NCBI RefSeq assembly: GCF_006345805.1
Contig: NC_042999.1
Location: 75,454,001-75,518,000, forward strand
Direction: 5' to 3'
Source of the DNA: Octopus sinensis
Taxonomy: Eukaryota
DNA length: 64,000 nt
The notes under the pieces are model-generated. The model saw only the letters and a list, made by a program, of their open reading frames with translations. It made no database searches and was not told the origin of the DNA. Numbering within the stretch: position 1 is the stretch's first letter; every line of letters starts with the position of its first letter. The translations under genes were made by a program, and so were the position numbers. This document shows, in pieces, positions 1-13,339 of this stretch.

Positions 1-1152
1 GTACATCAGAAATTAAACCACATTGGAATGAAATGCGTCAAGTGTTTGGTTTCATTCTTATACGTTCTGAGTTTAAATCCCATTGGTTTGAAGACTACTT
101 TTATCAGTTTGGACTTCATAAAAATATATTCAAATTTAAGTCTTTCATTTGCACTAACTGAACAGAGATTTTTATGTATCAAGAACGTGATTCAATGTTT
201 CCTACGTTTCTTAAGAAACGTGCCAGTAACAGCTTCAATGAACTGACTTTCCTCAGACACTATATTGGGATGCACTTCTTCAATGGTAAGCGGAGGTATA
301 ACAACTGTTATGTACTAAGCGAGCCTACCTAGTTCATTTCTGCTATGGTCAACAGCAATATAACGTAATATAAGTGGTTATCAAGCATAAAGTAGCCAAA
401 ATGCTGTGCTCTGTCATGTGCTCTGATTATATCATTCAACTACGGCAGTAGTTGAATGATATTAAGGCCGCAATTTACTCACACGCAGTATTTTTCAGAG
501 CTTGTCGCTCATTCAGTTCTTAACTAAACTGAAAACTGTTATAATTTTTGAAAAGAACCGGTCCCTAGCTATATTTTGGCAAAACAATTTGAGATTTTAT
601 CCAGTAGAAAAAATCTGTAGCAACGTTATAGGAGAGTAGGTAACACCACCAATCAAGTTTAGATCTAAATAAAAAATTTTTATTTCAAAAGCAAAATATA
701 TTTATCTTAGCTTCAGTGATAGAAGAAAGCATGAAGAATTTTAAAGTTTTGATCACATGCAACAAAAATTTGTATCAAAAAAGTTGCGAGGTACTATATC
801 ATGAAAAAATATAAGTAAGGCAAAAAATTGGATTTAAGTAGAATTAACTATTTTAATTTAAAAACAAACTATATTTTAATTAAGCTTAAATGATAGAACT
901 CAATTCGTGGAATTTCATGTTATCAATCTCATGCAATAAAGTTCTAAAAGAAAAAACTTATGAGTGTTTGTTTCTCAAATTTGAGGGTGATTATATAGTT
1001 CTATACTTTTTTTATGAATATAGTTCTGTAACAGGACTTTTAATATGTCACCGGCGTCATTGAGGTAAAGAAAAAATTATCAACGACATCGCTAATTGAC
1101 ACATTTGACATATTATTAATTAGCATAATAGCATAGCCTGGAAAAATCATGG

Positions 1153-1794
1153 ATTACATGGAAAAATGCGAGCAAGAGAAATAACATTCTTAAGATTATA
1201 AACCTGGAAAATTACAGGACAAGTTATTACACTTGGAAAAGTTCAGGACAACTTATTACATCTGGTAAAGTACAGAACAAGAAAATTTTTACCTAAAATA
1301 TTGCAGCTAAGGATAAAATTTCAAATAAAATATTTAGATTTAGAAAATATTACCTTTTATTACAACTAAACATTTTATTACAAGTTATTACTTCTATTTG
1401 TTATTATTTGTTACTTTTACTAAAAATAAAAAATAACTCAAAATATTTTTTACACTTTAAAAAATTCATATTTTAAATTATTAATTAATAATTAGAAGTT
1501 TTGAAAATAGGTTATAAAAATAATAGTAGTACATAATTAGTTAGCACAATAAATAGAATAATACAAAAAATAGTTATATATTACACTCAAATCTACCTAT
1601 AACAACAAATTCACAGTAAAATTTGCTTGAATTATTGCCCGTTCAAATTTTATCCTTAGCTGCAATATTTTAAGTAAAAAAAAAGTATTATTCTGTACTT
1701 TACCAGATGTAATAAATTGTCCTCAAGTTTTGCAATTTTCCAGGTGTATAATCTTAAGAATATTCTTTCTCTTGCTCGCATTTTCCCATGTAAT
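1153..1794. mobile_element. Foldback/MITE-like element with long terminal inverted repeats
   Basis: 1153-1321 (attacatggaaaaatgcgagcaagagaaa...gcagctaaggataaaattt) is the reverse complement of 1645-1794. The arms contain ~29-bp subrepeats (acctggaaaattacaggacaagttattac) around an AT-rich spacer. Confidence 0.75.
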
Positions 1795-1854
1795 ATATGT
1801 GTGTGTGTGTGTGTACGTATGTATATACTAAAGCAACAGCTCTGTTTCCTTTAA

Positions 1855-2790
1855 TTGTGGATGTGATATATCTCGACTTTGCCAAGCCTTCGATAAAGTT
1901 AGTTATGGAATGATATCCTCTTAATTGTGTGACTTCGGCATTCTTGGAAAATCAACGAGTGTTTATTTTTGTATCATTTTAAAACGTAGAAGTCAGTCAG
2001 TAGCAGCCATCGGCGCTCTCTTTTAGGAGATATCAGTTCGTAGGAGAGTCCCCCAGGGAACTGTTCTGAGACTACTACAGAAAGGCTTGAATATAATATA
2101 CAAGTAGGTTGGGGAAATCAACTTGCAGTTCAATTCTAAAATGTTTTAAGCAGGTTAGAATCAGAATCCACAGGACCAGGGGTTACTGAAAGTCACAACC
2201 AGCGCACGATCTGGGAAACCACAGGAGCGACGATGCATCATCCCGTGTTCGTAATACTAACATGGCAACAGTGTGCAGGAGACTGACCGACTGACTGAAT
2301 TCTGGGATCATTCGAAACCAGTAAAAAATCCTGTTGGTCCTGTGGCGTATATGTTTTCAGTCGCCTGGACTAATTGATCCCAATTATGCTCGTGAAGTAG
2401 TGTCAATCTGCCAGCGACGCTCAAGGCAATATAATGCTATGCCAAGAAGATTGCTTGAATACTGCAGATGCGCCATTGGGAGAACCTGAAAGAACTTTCC
2501 AGAGTGAAGATGCGAAAAATATGCAGTGATACATTTATATGAAAGATCGCGGTGGAGTCTGGTGAACAACTTTAAGGTTCAAAGCTATTCAACACCCTGA
2601 ACTGGACACCGCTGCATAATATTGGAGGTTCTACCTTCTCACCAAATATTGCTACAGGTCAGGGTTGAAGGATCCTCAAGTTTTCAATACCTTGCCAGTA
2701 AAATTCAGAGATCTACGAGGAGCAAATATGTATGCATTTAAAATCACTTAGACAAATTTTTTATCTGGGATACAAGGTAAACCTATATCA
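1855..2790 (+). mobile_element. Degenerate CR1/L2-like LINE, RT to 3' region
   Basis: Frameshifted translations VDVIYLDFAK/FDKV (~1857), VPQGTVLRLL (~2047) and a WENLKEL-type C-terminal motif (~2477). Confidence 0.7.
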
Positions 2791-2807
2791 CTAAAACCCA
2801 ACTCGCT

Positions 2808-2890
2808 GAGAGAGAGAGAAAGAGAGAGCGAGAGGGGGGAGAGCTAGCTAGCTAGCTAGCTAGATAAAGATAAAGAGAGCGCGAGAGAGA

Positions 2891-2932
<42 letters not shown>
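2808..2932. repeat. (GA)n/(GCTA)n microsatellite
   Basis: Direct inspection. Confidence 0.95.
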
Positions 2933-3449
2933 AGAAGCTATGGAAATGAAATGAAATAAACAATTAATCATTCTAATAGCACTACTCTAGCATGGCCACA
3001 GCCACTAACTATGTAAAAACGCATATATATATACATAAATGTATGTGAATATTCATGTGTGCGAGAGTGTGTGTATGTGTGTGTGTTTAAGTGTGCGCGT
3101 GCGTGTGTGTACTTGAGTGTCTGTAAAAAGTGTCTTTTACGTTATCCTAAGAGGTTCGACCATTAGTATTGTAAAAACTGATGGCTAAATGTGGCTAATT
3201 CTGTTTCATTTTAGCAATTAACATCAATGAAGTTAGAATGTCTAGTATTATAGAGACACCTGTCGACTGTACGAAAAAAGGTTTTTGATATCTATCGCCA
3301 CCAACTCCACTACCGCCACCATCATCATCATTAGCTGCAACACCAGCAGTAGCAGCAGCAGCAGTGGTAGTGGTGGTTATAATAGTAATAGTAAGATCTC
3401 GAAGCATTCATGAAATGATGCGGCAAATTAGATCCATCTACTCGCAGAC

Positions 3450-3630
3450 ATACATAATACATACATACAAACAAACATACATACATTACATTCATCCGTC
3501 CATCCGTTCATCCATCAATGCACACACATACACACACACACATACATACATACATACATACATACATACATACATACATACATACATACATACATACGTA
3601 CGTACATACATACGTACATACGTACATACG
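3450..3630. repeat. (CATA)n microsatellite
   Basis: Direct inspection. Confidence 0.95.
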
Positions 3631-4398
3631 TATGTATGCATGTGCGTATATTTACCCCTTTATCTTTTTGCCCAATCATCTCACTATTCAAGCATTCATT
3701 CATTCCAACATACATAGAAAGATACACACATACACATATACGTACATGCACACATACATATGGTGCAGATAACCGCTTCTGCAGATAAACCTCGTTACAG
3801 GTATATTCTTCTATAGATCCAGCAATCAATCTATTGCTTAGCAATCCATGCATGTAAACATCCACCCGCTATTTGTTTGTCCATTCAGGCACCCATTTTT
3901 CTATCCACACCTGTACGCATAAATCGTTATGACCCCCTATGGCTACTTGCACCAGTTTAAATAATCCTTCCATTAATCCATTCGACCGTCAATTGAACCC
4001 CTTCCAGTCTCCATCCATTCATCCATCAATAATCTATCCATTAATTCATCCATCTTACTAACTGACCAGCCAACCAACCGACTAGCAAGCTAAAAACCCA
4101 CCTACCACCCAGCCAGCCAGCCAGCTAGACAGACTGGCAAGCACAGACAGACAGACAGGCACAGACAGACAGACACACAATTAACAAGCAAGGTCTTGCA
4201 AAAGAGACACTGAAAGGTGTATATGGAAAATTGTTGATGTAGAACGGGTCTGACTGTAAAACATTGTTTCCGCATTATTACATTTGGTTGGATACACAAA
4301 TAGACAACATAAACAGGAAGTAATAAACGGAATTAAAAGAAACAAGTACAAACAAATAGAACCTATATGTGTGTATTTGTGTGTGTCTGAGTGTATAC

Positions 4399-4401
<3 letters not shown>

Positions 4402-4466
<65 letters not shown>

Positions 4467-4477
4467 TATATATGTAT

Positions 4478-4529
<52 letters not shown>

Positions 4530-4535
4530 ATATAT

Positions 4536-4591
<56 letters not shown>

Positions 4592-4620
4592 TATATATAT
4601 ATACACATATACATATACGT
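4402..4620. repeat. (TA)n microsatellite
   Basis: Direct inspection. Confidence 0.95.
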
Positions 4621-4627
4621 ATACATA

Positions 4628-5076
4628 GGCGCAGGAGGGGATGTGTGCTATAAGAACCTTGCTTCCCAACTACTTGGTTCGGGTTCAGTTCCGCTGCATT
4701 GCTCCTTGGGCACGTGTCTTCTACTATAGCCTCGGGCCGAGCAAAGCGTTGTGAGTAGATTTGGTAGACGGAAACTGAAATGTATGTATTTATGTGTCTG
4801 TGTTTGTTCTACTACCATCGTTTGACAACCGATGTGTGTCCGTGTGTTATGTATTCGGCGGCGGTCGACGGCTAAGGTGGTGGTGGTCGTCGTCGTCGTG
4901 TGCCGGTCGGCGCAGGAACGCGATGCAGTCTCTGTCTAGAGCTCCGAAGTGAAGAAATTGGACGAATGCGGGCAAACAACATAAAGAATAAGTCCAAGGG
5001 TCGATTTCTTCGACTAAAGGAGGTGCTCCAGCATGGCTGCAGTCAAATTATTGAAATAAATAAAAGAATAAAAGAA
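4628..5076 (+). mobile_element. tRNA-derived SINE family A, with a substituted internal segment
   Basis: Head ggcgcagga...ggttcagttcc, ccttgggca core and tail gactaaagg..gtgctccagcatggc..cagtcaaat..gaaa..aaaagaat, all shared with copies at 26710, 27893, 60232 and 61178. Confidence 0.85.
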
Positions 5077-5399
5077 TGCATACATACTCACATGCGCACA
5101 CGCACAAAGCGTTTAGATGTAGGTTTAACTGTATATCCCCCCTGTGTCTCCTTGTTTCTCTCTCTTGTCTCATTGTTTCCCCATATAGATAAATACACAG
5201 TCATTCATTCATACATACATACATACATACATACATACATACATACATACACACATACACATACACATATGTATACATTCTTAAGTATGTATGGATTTAT
5301 GCATGTATGCAAGTATGTATTTGTGTTTGTATGTATTCTGCGTTTATTTATTTTTTTTGTTTTTGTTTTTTTCGTGGTGTGTTGGTGCTGACTTCTCTG

Positions 5400-5810
5400 C
5401 CGATAGATTTCGTTAATGTTAGTATATTTATCAAGACATTGATGTAAGTGAAGTGTTTAATATTCAGCTCCTGTGGTTGGATGTCATCAAACGAGGAGAA
5501 ATTGTGAGTAGGAAGGAAATTCCAGAAGGCTGATGTGATGTTTTGGTGAGTGAGGATAAAGAAAAACGTGTTTAATGCGGGATCTGGAATATAGGCTATA
5601 TAACGGGTTTAGAATAAAGAGATAAAAAGAAAGGGATGCCTTGAGTTGAGAAAGTATGCAACCAACTAGTTCTCAGAAATCGTTAACACTGGAGTTGTGG
5701 TAAAAAAGCAAAGTTAGAGGAAGCTTCATCATAGCCTAAAGGCGATAGTTTGGTTGTGGTGAATAGAAACTTGTCATTTTGCTTTATGGTTTTCTAGGAT
5801 ACATTTTGTC
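5400..5810 (-). mobile_element. Possible highly decayed Penelope-like remnant
   Basis: Minus-strand DIQPQELNI resembles the PLE C-terminal (T)xxPxGLN motif; weak. Confidence 0.25.
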
Positions 5811-5855
5811 TAAAGAAGTGCTGACGCTGCCCTTATTGTTGTACTTATACAAGAG

Positions 5856-6170
5856 TGAAGGCGCGTGGCTTACTGGTTATGACATTCGGCTCACGATCTT
5901 GCGATCGTGAGTTCAATTCCCGTCACGTTTTGACCTTCAGCAAGACATTTTATTTCATGTTACTCTAGTCCATTCAGCAGGCAAAAATGTGTTGTACTAT
6001 ATTTCAAAGAGCCAGCCTTGTCGCATCCTGTGTCACGCTGAATCCCCATAAAAACTACATTAAGGGTACTCGTGTCTGAGGAGTGCTAGGACATTAATTC
6101 CACTAGCAAGCTGTTCCGTTGATCGGATCAGCTGAAACGCTTATCGTCGCAACCGACGGAGTACCAGTGA
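5856..6170 (+). mobile_element. tRNA-derived SINE family C
   Basis: Head gtgaaggcgcgtggcttactggtta...gagttcaattcc with A/B-box-like motifs; homologous to 10545-10763 and 23330-23540 on the minus strand. Confidence 0.75.
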
Positions 6171-6229
6171 GGAGAGATATATAAGATGATGTAAAAGGTA
6201 ATGAATTCAAAGAGACAATACAACATTGG

Positions 6230-6365
6230 ACAAAATGCTTTGAGATATTTAGTTAGATCTCTTCATGCTCTGGGCTAAAATCCTGCTAGGAGTCATCCTT
6301 GCCGTTTTTCCTTCAGGGTACGATAAAATAAAGTACAAATCAAGTAGTGGTGTCGATATTATTCG
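6230..6365 (+). mobile_element. SINE family B fragment
   Basis: ccttcaggg..cgataaaataaagtac...gtcgat motif shared with the 17792 and 21640 copies. Confidence 0.55.
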
Positions 6366-7924
6366 ACTATAGCACACCAGTAAATCATTCGACTATAGCA
6401 CACCAGCAAATGTATGTTAGAAATCAACACAATGAGTGCAACCATGGTTATCTGTTTAAAAAGAGACCTATCATAGGTCTGTATGGGAAAACAAATAAAA
6501 GACATACGATATGCTTCATTGTTGTATTGTGTCACATCATTAGCATTCTCAGATGCAGTTTCTTGACAGTTTTGTCTGACAGCGCAGGATTTTCTCAGAG
6601 ATTTAATTTAGCGAGAATGAATCGCAGAACTTTGCATCTATCCTTATAACTGAAATTCTACCTGAAACGGATAAGAGTCAGCCATTTAAGCAGGTCCTTC
6701 CAGCATTTCTATTTACATGTCTTGCTTGAACATTTAGGAAATCCTCAATCTGGTGTACTATGCTGTTATTCGGCCCATAAATAATTCCTTTCATTAGATC
6801 ATTACTCATTCTATTCATGTTGTACCAAGCAGAGATACAGCTGTTCTTAATTTTGTTATCTACCAACTACCAATATTGAAGTCTCAATGCGGTTGCTAAA
6901 CCTGCTAGAAAAAGTAACCTATATCCATGAAAACCCATCTTACTCTCATAAGAAATGATGCACATTTTGGACAATGCAGTCAATGATATTTGGGAAAAAA
7001 ACGGTCTTGTGAGAACGATGTTGATTAAAAGACTATGAGCAGCAATAACAAGAAGCGCTATGAAAATTACTGAGAATCCTTATTTGAAACCTATAGACAT
7101 CCAGCTTATTTTCAGCCCCACTTCTTGACTATGATTTTTGTGTCACGTAAATAAAGAAATAGTATTTGCTTTTGAGTGGTAAACCTTATCTTTCGACCGG
7201 TTTAAAAACACTAACTTACTCTTGGGTGCTTTTAACAGTTTATTCTGTTGCTAGTAGCTGGAAATGGTTAGCCAAACCTGTCAACCCTTTCTCCTACCGG
7301 ACAATAAGATTATGATACTGTCCTGCTTCGTTTGATTAAACTATAAAAAGGTTTGAACTGACAACTGAGTTATAGTCTCGATTTTTCTGATGGTAGGAGG
7401 TTTGTGGAATCAATAATCAACCAGCAGAAAAATGCGTATTATTGACAAAGAGTCTTTCTGTGATGATATCAACTCCTTGTACATTACTGGTATTTGTAGC
7501 ATTCAAATACTGAAACGAAATATACAATGTGTCCCCTTTGTTTTTGTTTGTTCATTTTTTTTGTCACGGCGATAAGCTATATTTCATAATATAAGGTGAA
7601 CTGCGATATTTTGAGATAAGAACCTTAGCAATGGGCGCTTGAAAATACTTATGATGAAATACAGGTACCGGTTATTGACTGTTCAACTGGTAGTTCACCA
7701 TCCAACCAATAACATCATCTGTACCTCTCTTTCCAATTTACTTGTCTATGTACAGTGCTTCTCTTTAATAATCAATGACAAGTGAAATGTTAAATCAATT
7801 ATGACAAGATATATCAAACGCTTCATTAAAACATTAAAGTTCTGAAGCCACTTATCCAATTCAGTCTCCAGCATAAACGAAATATCACGTGTTTCAGTAT
7901 GCTTTGAAAATTTCAGTTTCCAAT

Positions 7925-8097
7925 AAGTAACGGAGTAAATGGTTGACTGAGCATAATATGACTGGTAAGGTCGATTTTGCCTTTTATCCTTTCAGGGTCG
8001 ATAAAATAGGTACCAATTTGAACACCAGAGTCGATGTAATGATTTACCTTGTCTCAGCATGAAATTGTTGGCCTCGTGCGAAAATTTGAAGCCAATA
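7925..8097 (+). mobile_element. SINE family B fragment
   Basis: aaggtcgattttgccttttatcctttcagggtcgataaaataggtacc...gtcgatgtaat. Confidence 0.75.
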
Positions 8098-8127
8098 TGT
8101 GTGCGTGTGTGTGTGTGTGTGCATTAT

Positions 8128-8297
8128 GCTTTACTTGTTTCAGTCTTTGGACTGCGGCCATGTTAGGATACTGTGTTGAAGGATTTTGTGGAACAAATTG
8201 ACCCCAGTACTTATTTTTAAGCATCATGTTCTCTCTCTTTTTGCTGAACCGCTAATTACGGGAACGTAATCAAATACCGATTGGCAAGTGTTAGTGC
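8128..8297 (-). mobile_element. SINE family A, 3' half
   Basis: ttacttgtttcagtc..gactgcggccatg...gaccccagtactta...gaaccgctaa. Confidence 0.75.
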
Positions 8298-8335
<38 letters not shown>

Positions 8336-8799
8336 ACACAACACACACACACACACATACACATACATACAAACTTATACACGTAGACCCCCAACTTTTG
8401 GTACTTGGTTCTCTTTCTTTTTTCTTTCTTTCTTTCTTTCTTTCTTTGTCTTTTTCTCTTTCTCTTTTTCTCTCTTTTCTCCCCCTCTCTCTCTCTCGTT
8501 TTGCCTTCATTAAAAAGTACGAATATTTAACAAGGACACTGATATGCAGTTTTAATTATTAAGACAGATCAAAAATTAGATGTGATAGGATAAAGAGACC
8601 ACTTGATGATAGCATTAGATCACTAAAAGAGAATGATGGATACTAGAATCTAGTGGTGTAACAGGATGATAAAATAATGGAAAGAGAGTTGAAAAAGAGT
8701 GTCAAAAGTGTACATAAGAAAAATATCTGAAACAAAACTACTAAAAGAAATATCGTCAAGACAATCAAAATGTGAGCTTGCCAGAGATGAGATGCTCTG

Positions 8800-9370
8800 C
8801 TCATTCTTTTAAAGTATACAAAGACAGCACCACATTATTTCTATAGAAGAACTGGGCAGTTTCTGATAATGCGTAACGTACGAAACATTTAAAATAATCT
8901 CGTTTACGACAAAGGGAGGAAAATACAGCATCGTTAAATATACTATCAAAAGAAGATATTATTTGATTTCTTTTTGAAAACTGTTTAATTTGGAACACAT
9001 AACGAGGAAAAGATTTATGGGATTTCTCCGAAGAGATTGGTAGTACTATTGAATCAAAAATACCAGATATGTATCACTGACTGAAAATTCATACGCGTGC
9101 GCGCGCGCACACACACATGAAGAGAAAAAACACCACCACCACCACACACACATGTATATCGACACACAGAAGCAGAAACGAATAAATAAATAAATAAATA
9201 AATAAATAAATAGATAGATTTGGCTATCTTGGGATCAGATACCAGATTATAATTAAATTACTTTCAACAGATTAATTCTAGAATTATGTAATGAAAATAC
9301 ATAATGTGAATTTAAATTAAATTTGTTTTAAACACTGTTTATCCGAATCATACTAAAGGCTATGTTAGCC
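8800..9370 (+). repeat. Old local duplication, copy 1 (paralogous to 10965-11265 plus 12058-12240)
   Basis: Collinear shared blocks: acattattt..atag..aactgg, tttgaaaactg, gaggaaaaga.tttatgggattt, tactattgaatcaaaaat.ccagatatg, cagaagcagaaa.gaataa, cagattataattaaatt. Confidence 0.7.
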
Positions 9371-9461
9371 ATAGGCGGTTACTGGTTTAGAAATGAAACG
9401 GGAAGACTCAAAAATATATGATATGATATAATATAATATATATATCTATACATACATATAC

Positions 9462-9519
<58 letters not shown>

Positions 9520-9579
9520 TATATATTATATATATATATATCACATTATCTAAATATATGTATATATATATATGTGTAT

Positions 9580-9778
9580 ATGTACATTATTTACATTATT
9601 TACATTTGACAGATATTTGCTGTCATCTTGTTTGTTGTTAACACAACGTTTCGGCTGATATGCCCTCCAGCCTTCATCAGGTGTCTTGGGGAAATTTCGA
9701 ACCTGGGTTAACAGCAAACAAGATGAGGGTAAATATCCGTCACATGTAAATAATGTACATAATTCCTCATCTCTAAAT
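9580..9778. mobile_element. Asymmetric inverted-repeat element in (TA)n, Penelope pLTR-like
   Basis: Arms 9593-9642 and 9707-9761 are reverse complements; short extension on the right; flanked by (TA)n. Confidence 0.75.
9640..9685 (-). ncRNA. Minimal type I hammerhead ribozyme motif
   Basis: Minus strand reads GACAC-CUGAUGA-A-GGCUG(GAGGGCAUAU)CAGCC-GAAAC-GUU-GUGUU. Stems I and II pair; stem III is the loopless palindrome AACGUU. Confidence 0.75.
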
Positions 9779-10256
9779 ATATATATATATATATATATAT
9801 ATCTGATAAGATAAGAGAAAAAAATCTATCAGAAAGGAACTCTATCTCTCTTAAAAAAATATCTTTTGATAAGCATAACAAATGCGCAACCGGTAAAAAG
9901 AACTTTCACCTAATTAAATACACTCTCCCTTTACTGAAATTATTTTGTCAGCATTTTCTTCATTTCCTTTTTTTATATATCACAACACGTGTTCCACATC
10001 TCCTTTTTTAAATATATATATATACACGCACACACACACACACACCAGCCCATCTGGAGTATGTTTTATCATATATATAGAGATGCATATATATATGTCT
10101 ATGTGTATGTGTAGACAGCCATAAATGAACATAACAAACACAAGTATATTCATACATAGGAAGCCCACATGCATAAATAAAAAAAGTGCCCACACGACCA
10201 CACAGATACGTAGTTACGTATAATAACGAAGACATAGGGAAGGACGGTAACAGCAC

Positions 10257-10350
10257 AAAAAGAAGGTGAAAAGAGAGATAGATACAATACTCTTAAGTAC
10301 GAAATAGCCCGGCTATGGAAAATGCAGAAGGTGACGATAGTGCCAAATAT
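10257..10350 (+). repeat. 94-bp near-identical copy of LINE segment 14614-14707
   Basis: Two mismatches seen by eye; encodes KKEGEKRDRYNTLKYEIARLWKMQKVTIVPN. Confidence 0.85.
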
Positions 10351-10544
10351 GTACGTTATACAAACGTATTTACTTCATGAAAACAAAAGGTAAAAGCAAA
10401 AGTATGTCACATACTGCAAGTGTCAAGGTGTGGTTACGATTACATCTGATACATTGAGAGAGAGTGAGAGAGAGACAATTATTATTAAATCTATAATTCT
10501 TTGTTTATTTGGCATTAATATTGGTTAGACCATATTATTCCGTA

Positions 10545-10763
10545 AGGAGTATAGGGCCGTTTCCCGGTTTCTCTGGCGTATATACTCCTCCCTAGATGGG
10601 AAGCAGGCACATTAGAGGATTATTCAATGTTACCAGCTGAGTGGACGGGAGCAACTTGAATTGTTTTGCGAAAGAACACAACGCGTCGCCCGGTACAGGA
10701 ATCGAAACCACAATCTTACGATCATGAGTTCAACACTCTAATCACTGAGCCATGCGCTTCCAC
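10545..10763 (-). mobile_element. SINE family C
   Basis: Minus strand begins gtggaagcgcatggctcagtgattagagtgttgaactcatgatcgtaagattgtggtttcgattcc (tRNA-like head). Confidence 0.8.
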
Positions 10764-10964
10764 TTATACTTGTATAATTTCGAACGATTAGTGGTTGCTA
10801 TAACAATCTACTTTTGACGTAGTAGAGTAAGAAAGTTTAACGGCAGACTTATTGAAAATCTGATAGTAGTTGTGCGTTGGTTCGAATTTGTCATTAAGAA
10901 TGTCGCAGAATAAACATGCTATTTTCGTTATACCACGTAATGTTCAGTGTTGAGATAGTCTACT

Positions 10965-11265
10965 CATCATTTTCAAGTGTACAAATACAGAACTACATTA
11001 TTTGGATAGGACAACTGGGAAGCTTCTGATAATGTGTAGCGCATATAACATTTAAAGTAATCTCGAAAGACTGTTTATGAAAGAGAGAGAAAAGCAGAGT
11101 ATCGTTAAATGTAGCAACCGTAGAAGACAGTGTTTGATTTTCATTTTGAAAACTGTGTTCAATTTGGAAATATAATGAGGAAAAGACTTTATGGGATTTT
11201 TCTGTAGAAACCGGTCATACTATTGAATCAAAAATGCCAGATATGAATACGGATGACAGAAAGAC
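10965..11265 (+). repeat. Old local duplication, copy 2 (continues at 12058-12240)
   Basis: Collinear similarity to 8800-9090. Confidence 0.7.
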
Positions 11266-11281
11266 CTTATATATATATATA

Positions 11282-11389
<108 letters not shown>

Positions 11390-11391
11390 TC

Positions 11392-11690
11392 TATTGTTTT
11401 TGTATTTGGCTTGCAAGATTCTTTATGTGAATTCGCCTGTTGAAGCATATTTAATTATGTCTGGGAATAGTCTTATTATTAACACACTCACCGGTTCGAT
11501 TTCCACTCATTTACTTACTTATTTTTTTCTAAAATTTTCGTTGCTTCTTACAACTTCTTAATAATTGTTGACTCTTCAATGGTCGTTGACTCTCGGAATT
11601 GAAGAGGTTGCAAGAAGCAACGAAAATTTTAGAAAAAATAATAAGTAGATGAGTAGAAATCGAACTGGTGAGTGTGTTGATTAATAAGAT
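11392..11690. mobile_element. Asymmetric palindromic element in (TA)n with decayed hammerhead cores
   Basis: Arms 11471-11559 and ~11602-11689. The right arm reads UUGAAGA-G-GUUGC(AAGAA)GCAAC-GAAA-AUUUUA at 11599-11631. Confidence 0.7.
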
Positions 11691-11716
11691 ATTATATATA
11701 TATATATATATTATAT

Positions 11717-11754
<38 letters not shown>

Positions 11755-11863
11755 GCATGGACTCGCTTTACTATATATGAATTTTTTATGTCTGACTCTA
11801 TTGAATATTATATATGAATTTTTTATATTTGATAGCATTAACTATCTTTTTTTTATATATAAT

Positions 11864-11910
11864 TTTTTTTGATAAGGTTCGTCATTTCAAGAACCGAAAC
11901 ATGTTAAATA
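11864..11910 (+). ncRNA. Degenerate hammerhead motif
   Basis: UUGAUAA-GGUUC(GUCAUUUCAA)GAACC-GAAAC-AU-GUU-AAAUA: perfect stem II, palindromic stem III AACAUGUU, two core substitutions. Confidence 0.45.
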
Positions 11911-11975
11911 AATAATGTATATATAAAAATTAAAATTTGTCTAATATAGCAGCATTTCAAACTTCATTTTTTACA

Positions 11976-12053
<78 letters not shown>

Positions 12054-12481
12054 CGTTGCAGAAGCAGAAAAGAATAAGTAAATAAATACATAAATAAATA
12101 AATAAAAAGCTTTGGCCATCTTTGCATTGGATACCAGTTCCGGCTGCTTGCAAAGACAGATTATAATTAAATTGGCTTGAAAGTTATACCAAGTAGTAGT
12201 CATTATTCTGTTCCGTTCATTACTATTTAATGGTAGGTTACTTTAGTATGATATATATGTATTTATACACCACACACACTACACATACAACATACACATA
12301 CACACATACACATACACACATACGACTCTATGAATATACACATAATTGTATATGTACACGTCTTTTTTTATGGCTGGTAATATATATGTTTATATGTATT
12401 TCTTGTGAGACGTTTGTAGTGAAATAAAGGATGTTTACAATGACTACAGCAGAAACACAAATGCACACTCTCTCACGAACA

Positions 12482-12577
<96 letters not shown>

Positions 12578-12581
12578 ATGC

Positions 12582-12617
<36 letters not shown>

Positions 12618-12952
12618 AACAGACAAACAGACACACAGTCACACAGTGAAACATAGAAAATAAACAACCCAGACACTCACATAAGGGAAATTACACAGAA
12701 ATAAATAGGTAGATATGTATTCAATTAGATATAGGTTAAACACGACAGTTGTTCAGAAAAATCGAAGCAACATGAGAATGCTGGGTACCTTGCAAGGTAA
12801 TCAGACTATTTTTGACTTTTATGATATTTGATTCATACGCCTACACCTTTCTTCCTCCTCTTTTCCTTCGACCTGTCTACATACCAATCTATCTACACAC
12901 TAACCAATTTCTAACCTCTGTTTCTACATTACTCTTTCATCCATATATATAT

Positions 12953-12996
<44 letters not shown>

Positions 12997-13003
12997 CATA
13001 CAT

Positions 13004-13036
<33 letters not shown>

Positions 13037-13225
13037 TGTATATATATATATATATATTATATATATATATATAAGATAAACTTACTTGCAAATGGATGCG
13101 TGGCGTTCATATAATAATAATAATATAATAATAATAATAATAATATAATAATAATAATAATAATAATATATATATATATGTGGATATATATAACATATGC
13201 ACATATATGAATATATATATATATG

Positions 13226-13267
<42 letters not shown>

Positions 13268-13339
13268 GCACATATATATTATATATAATATATATATATA
13301 TATAATATATATAATATATATATATAATATATATATATA

